This document shows positions 1-11,089 of a DNA stretch of 64,000 nucleotides, piece by piece. Where the stretch lies: positions 192,001 to 256,000 of the forward strand of contig JBBCJC010000005.1 in NCBI GenBank assembly GCA_037189525.1, given 5' to 3'. The position numbers and the translations under genes are program-made. Within the stretch, counting starts at the first letter, position 1, and each line of letters starts with the position of its first letter. The stretch comes from Gemmatimonadales bacterium (GTDB taxonomy: Bacteria > Gemmatimonadota > Gemmatimonadetes > Gemmatimonadales > GWC2-71-9). A model generated the notes under the pieces. The model saw only the letters and a program-made list of their open reading frames with translations, searched no databases and was not told where the DNA came from.

Positions 1-131
1 ATCTGGCCGCGAACCAGACGGCGCAGTTCACCATAGATGATCGAGAAGAGCCGGTCTCCCGCCGACCGATCGCCGTCAGACCAGGCCTTCAGCAGGATCG
101 TGACTTCTCCGGAATCGTCTGAGAGATTCAT
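1..131 (-). CDS. ECF-type RNA polymerase sigma factor (TIGR02999-like), N-terminal part; truncated by window edge
   Basis: Manual translation from ATG at 131: MNLSDDSGEVTILLKAWSDGDRSAGDRLFSIIYGELRRLVRGQ, matching the EVTxLLxxWxxGDxxAxDxLFxxxYxELRR N-terminus of this family. Not in the ORF track. Confidence 0.8.
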   Translation of the reverse strand, partial: MNLSDDSGEVTILLKAWSDGDRSAGDRLFSIIYGELRRLVRGQ

Positions 132-396
132 GATCGGCGTGTGCCTGGTACAGGGAGCGGAAGTGCTGGCGGGAAACGCTGGCCACCGAGTATCGAGCCG
201 GTCAGGCCAGTATAGTCCGAACGACGGCCCGTCGCCAGCGATCAGAACGTATTCCGTCCCGCAATGCAACCGCGCAGTGGTCCCGCCGAGGGGACCCGGG
301 TCGCGGACCAGGTCATCTACCACGATGCGCCCCCTGCGTCGTACATTTCGGAATTCGTCCGCCCGTCGACCCTCGCCAGATAGCGAGACGCCCATC

Positions 397-792
397 ATGA
401 TCCGATCCGTCACGACCCTGCTGGCAATTGCTGTACTTTCGGCGGCACCGTCCGCTGCCCAGGAACCCGTTTTCGTCGCGTTGTACTGGAAAGCAAAGCC
501 CGGCATGGAAGCGGAATACGAGAAGTACATCCGCGAGGTGGCCGAGCCGATCGATGTCGAAGCGCAGAAGGCGGGCGCGTTCGAAGAGCTCCGTACATAC
601 AAACCCGATGAGCCGAACGGCGAGTGGACCCATCTTCGCGTTTTCCGTTTCAAAGACCGCACGCAACTCGACAGCTTCTCGGCCAAGATGGACGACGCGG
701 GCAAGCGGATCTATCCCGACGCATCCAAGCGACCCAAGTCGGAGCATCTCCGCGATCTGGTCAAGCGCGAGGTCTGGCACGGCTTTCACTGA
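397..792 (+). CDS. Secreted small protein, probable dimeric alpha-beta barrel (ABM/NIPSNAP-like)
   Basis: Signal peptide MIRSVTTLLAIAVLSAAPSAAQ followed by YWKAKPGMEAEYEKY. Start moved from 37 to ATG 397. Confidence 0.65.
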   Translation: MIRSVTTLLAIAVLSAAPSAAQEPVFVALYWKAKPGMEAEYEKYIREVAEPIDVEAQKAGAFEELRTYKPDEPNGEWTHLRVFRFKDRTQLDSFSAKMDDAGKRIYPDASKRPKSEHLRDLVKREVWHGFH

Positions 793-811
793 CGGCGTAC
801 CCAACTTCACT

Positions 812-2401
812 ATGTCCATGTCGCGACGTGACGCGCTACAAATCCTGAGCGGCCTCTTTGCCGTTCCGCTCCTTCGCTGGCCGACGCTTCCCGCCGACCC
901 GCTCGCAGGAACCATTCTCGAGTATCAGGCCGGCCGAGTCCGGGGTGACTGGACGGCTACCGAAGTTGTTCGGGCTGCGCTCGAGCGGTGCCGAGCCCTC
1001 AATGGCCGCCTCCATCTGGTCGACCTCCTGGCGGACGACACCGCCATGAAGGAAGCGGCTGCTTCGGACGAACGCGCGCGGCGCCGAGCGCTCCGTGGCC
1101 CGCTCGACGGGGTCCCGCTCTTTGCCAAGTCGATCTACGACATGGCGGGTCTGCCGACAACGGGATCGAGCGCCGTCTGGGCCGAACTTTTTCCTGAAGC
1201 GGTCGGTCAGGATGCGCTCGAAGTCGCGCGGCTCCGCGCAGCCGGCGGAGTGATCCTCGGCAAGACCGCAGCCGACGACTTTGCCTATCGCGGCAACGGG
1301 ACCTCATCGCTCACCGGTCAGGTGTGGAACCCGTATGACCCGACCCTGACGAAGACGCCGGGCGGATCGAGCGCCGGGTCTGCCGTAGCCGCCGCGTGCG
1401 GGATCGCCTTCGCGGGGCTCGGTACCGACGATGGAGGCTCCAACCGGATCCCGGCGCAGTTCTCCGGTGTCGTGGGCGTCAAGCCGACCTTCGGGCTGGT
1501 CCCGCGCACGGGCGTGCTGCCGACCTGGCCCTATCTCGATACGCATGGTCCGATGGCGCGAACCGTCGCCGACGCCGCGCTGATGCTCGATGCGCTCGCC
1601 GGCCCTGACACATCCGACGGCTTGGCCCGGACCGGAGCCTGGCGGTATGGATCGCTGGCTGCGCTCAAGGACGATGCCTTGGCCGGCGTGCGGATCGGGC
1701 TCCCCGCTTCGTATTTCCCGCGCGAACGGATGAGCGCCGAGTCGGTCGCGGTGATCGATCGTGCCATCGCCGACCTCCGCGCAGCCGGCGCCATCGTCGA
1801 GCCGTTCGAACCGGGCACCGCGCCGGGCACCTATCGCCAGCAGTTCATGGATGCCGCCAGCGCCCGGGGCGACGTCCGTCCGGACCCACGCTCGCCGGGG
1901 CCGACCGCCAATGCATTACTGCGCTACTTCCAACGCCACGGCGGCGATGCCCGCGCCTCGGTGCGCAAGGGCCTGGCCATTTTCCGCTCGTTCTATGACG
2001 TCCTGCCTGAAAGCTGGGACGCGATGGCCGTCCTGATCGAGCAACCCTATGAACAGGACCCGGCGGGGGTCTCCTTCGCGCGATCACGTGAGGCGGTGAT
2101 CGCAATCATGACGGAACGCTACAGGGAGCAGCGGATCGACGCGATCCTGCATCCGACGATGCCGTTCCCCGCTCCCCTTGCGGCGGATCGGTGGCCGGGT
2201 ACCCCCACCACCCTCAGCTACGGCAACTGGCTGGGCACGCCCGAAGTGTCGGTCCCAGGGGGATACGGGAGTGACGGAATGCCGGCCGGCAACGTGTCGT
2301 TCTCCGGGCTGCCGGGAAGCGACATCCGCCTGCTGGAGATCGCGCATGCGTTCGAACGCGTGTCGCAGCGGTTCGTTCCGCCGCCGCTGGATCGCCGTTG
2401 A
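812..2401 (+). CDS. Amidase signature family enzyme with Tat signal
   Basis: GGSSAGSAVAAA, GTDDGGSNRIPA, GVKPTFGLVP and catalytic Lys in LFAKSIYD. N-terminal SRRDAL twin-arginine motif from ATG 812/818. Confidence 0.9.
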   Translation: MSMSRRDALQILSGLFAVPLLRWPTLPADPLAGTILEYQAGRVRGDWTATEVVRAALERCRALNGRLHLVDLLADDTAMKEAAASDERARRRALRGPLDGVPLFAKSIYDMAGLPTTGSSAVWAELFPEAVGQDALEVARLRAAGGVILGKTAADDFAYRGNGTSSLTGQVWNPYDPTLTKTPGGSSAGSAVAAACGIAFAGLGTDDGGSNRIPAQFSGVVGVKPTFGLVPRTGVLPTWPYLDTHGPMARTVADAALMLDALAGPDTSDGLARTGAWRYGSLAALKDDALAGVRIGLPASYFPRERMSAESVAVIDRAIADLRAAGAIVEPFEPGTAPGTYRQQFMDAASARGDVRPDPRSPGPTANALLRYFQRHGGDARASVRKGLAIFRSFYDVLPESWDAMAVLIEQPYEQDPAGVSFARSREAVIAIMTERYREQRIDAILHPTMPFPAPLAADRWPGTPTTLSYGNWLGTPEVSVPGGYGSDGMPAGNVSFSGLPGSDIRLLEIAHAFERVSQRFVPPPLDRR

Positions 2402-2433
2402 CGGCGACCGGTACGATAGCTGCGTATAACCGC

Positions 2434-2626
2434 CTATGCTTTTCTTATCGGCAGCTGCGCATAGAGTTCGAAGTACTCCGCCCCCTGCGCAAACGGGCGA
2501 CCGATCATGGCTTCGAAACCCGGCTGATCGTCCGGGACATAGGCGCTCCGCGGCAGCCAGGTGCAGCGCGCGGAGTTCGAGGTCGATCCCGCCCTTGATC
2601 TCTACTTGTGCCACGGTCGCCGAAAT
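2434..2626 (-). pseudogene. Frameshifted C-terminal remnant of a GyrI-like effector domain (AraC/GyrI regulator)
   Basis: Minus strand reads TVAQVEIKGGIDLELRALH, frameshift, then WLPRSAYVPDDQPGFEAMIGRPFAQGAEYFELYAQLPIRKA*. No N-terminal part or convincing start. Confidence 0.6.
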
Positions 2627-2723
2627 AGAGCTCGAACGGGTCTCGCTTGACAACGTCCCCTGCCCGAACGCTTATTTCCTGGGTTGCAGGTTGTCGAACT
2701 TTCAGAATGTGTGCCTGATCGTC

Positions 2724-2798
2724 ATGAACCGTACTCTCCTCTCCACGATCCTCTCGGCGCCGGCCATGTCGGCGGCGATGATGTGTTGTGGGCCCTGC

Positions 2799-2822
<24 letters not shown>
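2724..2822 (+). CDS. Putative attenuator leader peptide (32 aa, Met/Cys cluster)
   Basis: MNRTLLSTILSAPAMSAAMMCCGPCRGRRIGT*. ATG-ATG-TGT-TGT at 2778-2789 and TGC at 2796. Lies just upstream of a terminator and metY. No clear SD. Confidence 0.75.
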
Positions 2823-5245
<2,423 letters not shown>

Positions 5246-5383
5246 CCCTATACCTGCTCGGCGTCCTCCGAATCCCGAAAGAAGCGTCTGCGTCGATAGC
5301 GTATCATGAGCGAAAGGTCCGTAGAAGCTGACCGGGAGACAGACGCAACGACTCCGATCACACCACGACGACTCATCGCGGAC

Positions 5384-6571
5384 CTATCTCTTCACAGTTT
5401 GGTCGAGCCTAACCGTGTGTATCGATAGGCCGTAGGTTCCATCATCGTTTCGTTGATCACACATGAGTTCGAGCTGTGGCGTGACAAAGCGACATGATTG
5501 GTCAATCCGGGATCGAGCCAGCACTCGACCCGCTTCAAGATCGAGAACTTCGATATTCGTATCGTAATATTTTTCGAAATCCTGATCGATGATTCGCCAT
5601 CCTTTCTTATCCGAACGCCCCTCGCCGATTGGTTCAGCGACAACTCCACGGCGCCACTGTCGATCGGGAACAATCTCGAGGATCCAAACACGGCCTCGAG
5701 CATCTTGGCCTATCGCGGCAATATACCGCGCGGGCGTCGGGTACCCGTCCCGCGACTTTGAAACAGCGACCGGATGGGACTCGACCGATACCCGTCGAAT
5801 GAGGCGTCGGGCATCGGTGTCCCAGATCCCGATTTCGTGGCGGTTGTCGACGATGCGAGCAGTGATCAAACCGCCCGTCCTGATCGCTGCCATCACGAAT
5901 CGACGAGAGAGGCTTTCATTGCCAGGCGTCACGGTAGGCTGTGGCGGTCCAAAGCTACCACGCGCATTCCCGAGACGATCAAACAGGTGAAAAGGGAGAT
6001 TGATACGCTCCCGGTCCCGGATAATCGCATTGAGCAACACAGCCTCCGACGCATTCACCCACGTGACTCCCATGGTTTCCATCGGAGCCGGTGCGGAGCG
6101 CACATAGCGAAGCTGGGGATCATGGAAGCTCATTCGGGCATTCCCCATGTCGAGGACGATGAGCGTATCCCCGGGGATTACCGTGAGAAAGGTGGCACGA
6201 CCGAACTCTCCGGGGCCTCTTCCCTGTCGCCCGACAGCCCGGACTTTTCCGTCCCGTCCTACCACCCAGGGAAGTCTTTCCGAGTCAGACAAGCCGACAA
6301 ACACATTTCCATTTCGAGCAACCGCAACGCTGATCGGAATCGACGCAAAACCTTCCGCTCCCGCCCCAACGATACGAGATGCCGTGCCAATCTCGATCCG
6401 ACAGGCACTACAGAGAGCTGCCGAAGGAATGACCGTCTCCATCGGCGCCGACTGCCCAGGTGCCGCGACAGGACTCGACACCATGGCGACAATAGCCCAG
6501 AACGATCTCGGCAAGCACAGCGATCGCGAAAACCGAGGTACAGATTTAGCCCTGCCAGGTGAGCCGCTCAT
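5384..6571 (-). CDS. Secreted 6-bladed beta-propeller-like hypothetical protein
   Basis: Signal-like N-terminus and VGRQGRGPGEF and GDTLIVLD motifs. Start uncertain. Confidence 0.7.
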   Translation of the reverse strand: MSGSPGRAKSVPRFSRSLCLPRSFWAIVAMVSSPVAAPGQSAPMETVIPSAALCSACRIEIGTASRIVGAGAEGFASIPISVAVARNGNVFVGLSDSERLPWVVGRDGKVRAVGRQGRGPGEFGRATFLTVIPGDTLIVLDMGNARMSFHDPQLRYVRSAPAPMETMGVTWVNASEAVLLNAIIRDRERINLPFHLFDRLGNARGSFGPPQPTVTPGNESLSRRFVMAAIRTGGLITARIVDNRHEIGIWDTDARRLIRRVSVESHPVAVSKSRDGYPTPARYIAAIGQDARGRVWILEIVPDRQWRRGVVAEPIGEGRSDKKGWRIIDQDFEKYYDTNIEVLDLEAGRVLARSRIDQSCRFVTPQLELMCDQRNDDGTYGLSIHTVRLDQTVKR

Positions 6572-6610
6572 GGGGGTAGCTCCACATGAAGTCAGCAGCG
6601 TGCACTAGCT

Positions 6611-6639
6611 ACGCTACGGAGCCCCTGGCTGCTTGTCAA
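6611..6639 (-). promoter_or_regulatory. Putative sigma70 promoter of the beta-propeller gene
   Basis: Minus strand TTGACA-N17-TAGCGT, 40 nt upstream of ATG 6571. Confidence 0.55.
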
Positions 6640-6727
6640 TAACGAGGAAGAATGGGTGAATATCGGACCGAGCCGTGCTCGAGTATAACTCACTGAATCG
6701 AGGTGACCGAGCACGGACCAGGACGAC

Positions 6728-7243
6728 TCAGCCCGCCTTCACCTCGTGCGCGGTCGCGAGCGACGGAATGCCTACCGCTCCCGTCGACATCGCGTCTCCC
6801 GTGAGGATTCGCCGGAGATACCCCACCTGCCCCAGATGAAAGGCGCAGTGGGACACGAGATGCACCACAAAATCGCCAGTGACGACGCGATACCGGCCGG
6901 CCACCACCTCGGGATACGCCGCCTCGAGATCGATGGGGCGTGCACCACCGAGCGCCGCCTGAACTGCACGACCGGCGTCGTCGAGAGTCGCCAGGAGTTC
7001 GGCGCGCGGCACGTCCCGCGCTGCGAACTCCCGATCGCGGTCACGGACGTAGCCGCTCCCGCCCAGCACCGCGCCGACGAAGTGAGAGAGGTTGCCGGCG
7101 ATGTGCAGCGTGAGTGTCCCGGCCGAGTTGGTGACGCCAGGGAGCGTCGCCCAGATGCTGGCTTCGTCTGGGAAAGCCAGGATCTCCTTCCGCCAGGTGT
7201 CCAGGTCCCGTGCGAAGATTGCGGCAATCCATCGGGTCTCCAT
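6728..7243 (-). CDS. DinB/DUF1572 family protein
   Basis: NSAGTLTLHIAGNL, YVRDRDREF, HCAFHLGQV metal-binding His pattern. SD GGAGGAGG before ATG 7243. Confidence 0.85.
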   Translation of the reverse strand: METRWIAAIFARDLDTWRKEILAFPDEASIWATLPGVTNSAGTLTLHIAGNLSHFVGAVLGGSGYVRDRDREFAARDVPRAELLATLDDAGRAVQAALGGARPIDLEAAYPEVVAGRYRVVTGDFVVHLVSHCAFHLGQVGYLRRILTGDAMSTGAVGIPSLATAHEVKAG

Positions 7244-7372
7244 ACGTCCCTCCTCCGGTAGTGCCCGTACGATACCATCCGGGTACAATATCAGAAACTC
7301 TTGGCAGGCCCGCAAAACGAGACCACCTTACATATCCTCACGTACCATGGTCCGCACCGGCAGGAGGTCGCT

Positions 7373-7780
7373 ATGGCATGGTCTCGCAGCTCGGACCGAT
7401 ATCCGGGATACCTGGCGCTTGCTGCCGTATTGCTGACCTTCGGCGCAGGGTGCGGCGTGCTTCCCACCGGAGATTGCACTTCGGAAGGCAGGCCGGGTAT
7501 CAGAGTCGCCATCCTGGACAATGCGACCAGGAAGCCCCCCACGGTGGGATCGCACATCCGGGTTTCCGATGGAAGCCGCGTCGAAACGTACCCGCTCCCG
7601 GACCAGCCGCTGATTTCTCACCCTTATTACCAATTCATGTTCGAACGTGCAGGGCACTATTCTGTGACGATCCGTACCGACGGCTACCAGGACTGGTCCA
7701 AGTCGGGAATCCACGTCAAGACCGGAGGATGCAATCACGTGAAGACGGTCGACGTCATCGCCTTTCTCTCCCCACGCTGA
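7373..7780 (+). CDS. Lipoprotein with carboxypeptidase-regulatory/PEGA-like beta domain
   Basis: SD AGGAGG, lipobox-like FGAGC, and ERAGHYSVTIRTDGYQDW. Confidence 0.65.
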   Translation: MAWSRSSDRYPGYLALAAVLLTFGAGCGVLPTGDCTSEGRPGIRVAILDNATRKPPTVGSHIRVSDGSRVETYPLPDQPLISHPYYQFMFERAGHYSVTIRTDGYQDWSKSGIHVKTGGCNHVKTVDVIAFLSPR

Positions 7781-7822
7781 TAAGGGCCCTCTTGAAAGCC
7801 TGCGACGAGGCTGTCGACGCCT

Positions 7823-8482
7823 CTACGCGATGGCGACGAGCGTACTCCGATCGACCGAATGACCACCGGTGAACGAGCGCACCGTTGCCGCGAGTCCGAC
7901 GCCGGTGAGGCGGGAGTGCTCGTTGCGTAAGGCGTCCTGAGAGACGTATCGGTCGGTGGTACCGGCAATCAGCATCATCAATCCGCCACGCAGCCCCATC
8001 CGCAATCGCTCGAGGTCGAGATCCGGCGGCACCAGCCCACCCCACAGCACCAGGCGATCGGCGGGATGCCGACCTAGCGCTGCCCACCGACTGGCGGTGG
8101 CCGCTCCCTGCGAAAATCCATGGACCTCCAACCGAGCCCGCGGGGGAATGGTGCCGAGCACCTGATCGGCCAGCTGATCCAGATAGCGGAGATAGTCGCC
8201 GATTTCCGCCTCACGGTCTTCCTTGGTCATCCACGACGCGCCGACCCGCCGGGCCGTGGTCTCGTCGTAGTACGACCGCGACAACGCCTCCGGAGCGATG
8301 ATGGCTCGCCTGGGCGCGGCCGCCGGCTCGAACCAGCGCAGAAAGGTCGCGGCAAGCTGGCTATAGCCGTGCAGCACCACCCAAACTTCATCGGCACCCT
8401 GCGGATCGCCCAGCGTGTAGTACCGGGCGCTCCTGGTCACCATGATCCGGTGGGCCTGATAGCTCGACCGGCGCTCGCTCAT
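7823..8482 (-). CDS. Phospholipase/carboxylesterase family alpha/beta hydrolase
   Basis: [16 protein letters not shown], nucleophile GFSQG, FTGGH. Confidence 0.88.
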   Translation of the reverse strand: MSERRSSYQAHRIMVTRSARYYTLGDPQGADEVWVVLHGYSQLAATFLRWFEPAAAPRRAIIAPEALSRSYYDETTARRVGASWMTKEDREAEIGDYLRYLDQLADQVLGTIPPRARLEVHGFSQGAATASRWAALGRHPADRLVLWGGLVPPDLDLERLRMGLRGGLMMLIAGTTDRYVSQDALRNEHSRLTGVGLAATVRSFTGGHSVDRSTLVAIA

Positions 8483-10029
8483 CGCTGATATGTTCCCCAG
8501 ACCCGTCGCAGGACATCGCTGATCTCACCCAGGGTGGCCCGGACACGAACCGCATCGATGATCCGCGGCATCAGCGTCTCGGCTCCCGACGCAGCCTGAC
8601 CCAATGACTCGAGGGAATCGGACACAGCCAACGCATTCCGCTTGGCGCGCACCGAACCGACCGCTGCCTTCTGTTCGGCTTCGAGCGCCGGGAAATTGGG
8701 CGTCTCGATCACCGGCGGCGGCTCGTCACTGGTGAACCGGTTCACCCCGACCACCGTCACCCGGCCGTCGTCCTGCGCCTTCTGCAGCTCATACGCCGCC
8801 TCGGCGATCCGGTCCTGATAGAATCCGGATTCGACCGCCGCTACCGCGCCGCCCATGGCATCGACCTCATCGATCAGCGCCAACGCCGCCGCTTCGATCC
8901 GATCCGTCAGGCTCTCGACGTAGTAGCTCCCCGCCAGCGGATCGACGGTCCGATCGAGGCCGGATTCGTACCCCACGATCTGCTGGGTCCGGAGCGCGAG
9001 CGTGGCCGCCTGCTGCGTAGGAAGCGCCAGCGCTTCGTCATAGCCGTTGGTGTGCAGCGATTGGGTGCCACCCAGGGTTGCCGCCAGCGCCTGCACCGTG
9101 ACGCGCACCACATTGTTGAGTGGTTGCTGCGCCTGCAGGGTGACCCCGCCGGTCTGAGTGTGGAACCGCAGCTTGGCCGTGGCATCATCGGCGCCCAGAC
9201 GTTCACGCGATACCCGGGCCCAGAGCCGCCGCGCCGCCCGGAACTTGGCCGCCTCTTCGAAGAGATCGTTGTGCGCCGCAAAGAAGAACGAGAGCCGAGG
9301 CCCGAACCGTTCGATCGGAATCCCGGCGGCAATGGCGCGCCGGCCGTATTCCAGCGCGTTGGCCAACGTGAAGCCGACCTCCTGCACCGCCGTCGCGCCC
9401 GCTTCGCGAATGTGATAGCCGCTGATCGAGATCGGATTGAAGTTCATCTTCTGATCGGCGACGAAACGGAAGATGTCAGTGATCAGCCGAAGCGACGGCT
9501 CCGCGGGATAGATGTACGTCCCGCGCGCGATGTATTCCTTGAGCACGTCGTTCTGAATGGTGCCCGACAACGCCTGCGGAGCCACACCCTGTTCTTCTCC
9601 CACGACGATGTACATCGCGAGCAGGATGGCCGCCGTCGCATTGATGGTCATCGAGGTCGAGACTTTGTCGAGCGGAATGCCGCGGAACAGCACCGCCAGG
9701 TCGTCGACCGTATCGATCGCGACACCGACCCGCCCCACCTCGCCCGTTGCCATCGGGTGATCGGAGTCGTAGCCCATCTGGGTCGGGAGATCGAACGCCG
9801 TCGACAACCCCGTCTGCCCCGCATCCAGCAGCAGCCGAAAGCGCGCATTGGTCTGCTCGGCCGTACCGAACCCCGCGTACTGCCGCATGGTCCAGAGGCG
9901 GCCGGTGTACATGGTGGGCTGGACGCCGCGCAGGTAGGGCCACTGACCCGGCACACCGACATCACCGGACCAGGCGTTCGGACCAACAACCGGATCGACG
10001 GGAAGCAGGCCGGGATGGTTATTGCCCAC
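8479..10029 (-). CDS. Methylmalonyl-CoA mutase, substrate-binding subunit (no B12-binding domain)
   Basis: [56 protein letters not shown]. No DxHxxG. Confidence 0.93.
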   Translation of the reverse strand: MGNNHPGLLPVDPVVGPNAWSGDVGVPGQWPYLRGVQPTMYTGRLWTMRQYAGFGTAEQTNARFRLLLDAGQTGLSTAFDLPTQMGYDSDHPMATGEVGRVGVAIDTVDDLAVLFRGIPLDKVSTSMTINATAAILLAMYIVVGEEQGVAPQALSGTIQNDVLKEYIARGTYIYPAEPSLRLITDIFRFVADQKMNFNPISISGYHIREAGATAVQEVGFTLANALEYGRRAIAAGIPIERFGPRLSFFFAAHNDLFEEAAKFRAARRLWARVSRERLGADDATAKLRFHTQTGGVTLQAQQPLNNVVRVTVQALAATLGGTQSLHTNGYDEALALPTQQAATLALRTQQIVGYESGLDRTVDPLAGSYYVESLTDRIEAAALALIDEVDAMGGAVAAVESGFYQDRIAEAAYELQKAQDDGRVTVVGVNRFTSDEPPPVIETPNFPALEAEQKAAVGSVRAKRNALAVSDSLESLGQAASGAETLMPRIIDAVRVRATLGEISDVLRRVWGTYQR

Positions 10030-11068
10030 GCCCGGCCTCCGCTGCCTGCTGTTCCGCCGCCGTCTCCGCCAGAATATCGGAGACGAACTGGACGTCCTGC
10101 TTCGATCCGATCACCAGCGGGGTCCGCTGGTGCAGCGCCGCCGGCTCGAGATCGAGAATCCGGTCCAGCCCGTTGGTGGCCGCGCCGCCCGCCTGCTCCG
10201 CAATGAACGCCATCGGATTGGCTTCATAGGTGAGCCGCAGCTTGCCGTTGACGTTCTTGGTATCGGCGGGATAAAGGAACACGCCGCCTGCCAGCATGTT
10301 GCGATGGAAATCGGCGACCAGCGATCCGATGTAGCGGCTGTTCTTCCCCGCGATCCGCTCCGGCGTGTCGCCATGGAAGGCGCGCACGGCCCGCTGGATC
10401 CCACGGTTCCAGCGGCCAAAGTTGCGCTCATTGACGCTGTAGTACGCCCCGACTTCGGGAATCCGGATATTGGGGTGCGACAGCAGGAACTCGCCGATCG
10501 TCGGGTCGAGCGTAAAGCCATGCACGCCCTGGCCGGTGGTATACACCATCATCACACTCGAGCCATACATCACGTACCCTGCCGCAACCTGCTCGGTGCC
10601 GCGCTGCAGCACGTCGTCCATGGTGCCGTGCCCGTCGTTCGACTTGCGGCGATAGACGCTGAAGATGGTGCCGACCGCGCCGTTGACGTCGATGTTGGAC
10701 GATCCGTCGAGCGGGTCGTAGAGCACCGCGTACTTGCCCTGCGGCCATCCGTCGGGAATCGGAATCAGTTCTTCATCCTCTTCCGATCCCATCACACAGA
10801 CACGGCCGGTGTGGGCCATCACATTTTTGAACGTGTCGTTGGCGTAGACGTCGAGCTTCTTCTGCTCCTCGCCCTGCACGTTGGTGTTGCCGGCCGAGCC
10901 CAGGATGTCGACCAGGCCGGCCCGGCGGATGGCCCCCGCGACGATCTTGGCGCCCAGGGCAAAGTCGTACAGGAGATTCGAAAGTTCACCAGTCGCCTGC
11001 GGATAGCGGCGTTCCTGGTCGAGAATGAAGTGCTCGATCGTCACGATCGGTCCGGTATGGATCGCCAT
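10019..11068 (-). CDS. fbp: Fructose-1,6-bisphosphatase class 1
   Basis: [46 protein letters not shown]. Confidence 0.97.
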   Translation of the reverse strand: MAIHTGPIVTIEHFILDQERRYPQATGELSNLLYDFALGAKIVAGAIRRAGLVDILGSAGNTNVQGEEQKKLDVYANDTFKNVMAHTGRVCVMGSEEDEELIPIPDGWPQGKYAVLYDPLDGSSNIDVNGAVGTIFSVYRRKSNDGHGTMDDVLQRGTEQVAAGYVMYGSSVMMVYTTGQGVHGFTLDPTIGEFLLSHPNIRIPEVGAYYSVNERNFGRWNRGIQRAVRAFHGDTPERIAGKNSRYIGSLVADFHRNMLAGGVFLYPADTKNVNGKLRLTYEANPMAFIAEQAGGAATNGLDRILDLEPAALHQRTPLVIGSKQDVQFVSDILAETAAEQQAAEAGRGQ

Positions 11069-11089
11069 GCGATGTCGTTCCTCGAAAAG

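Noticed and set aside
2647..2678. sigma70 promoter at TTGACA upstream of the met leader
   Set aside because: The best -10-like hexamer is about 20 nt away, so the spacing is not convincing.
5246..5383. Short ORF or hairpin (GCGTCTG...CAGACGC) between metX and the propeller gene
   Set aside because: Only a 7-bp repeat with a long loop and no credible ORF; insufficient support.
8479..10029. Alternative-substrate mutase (isobutyryl-CoA or hydroxyisobutyryl-CoA) or truncated pseudogene
   Set aside because: The Tyr in RQYAGF and the Arg in KEYIARG fit methylmalonyl-CoA specificity. Split mutases with a separate B12 subunit are common.
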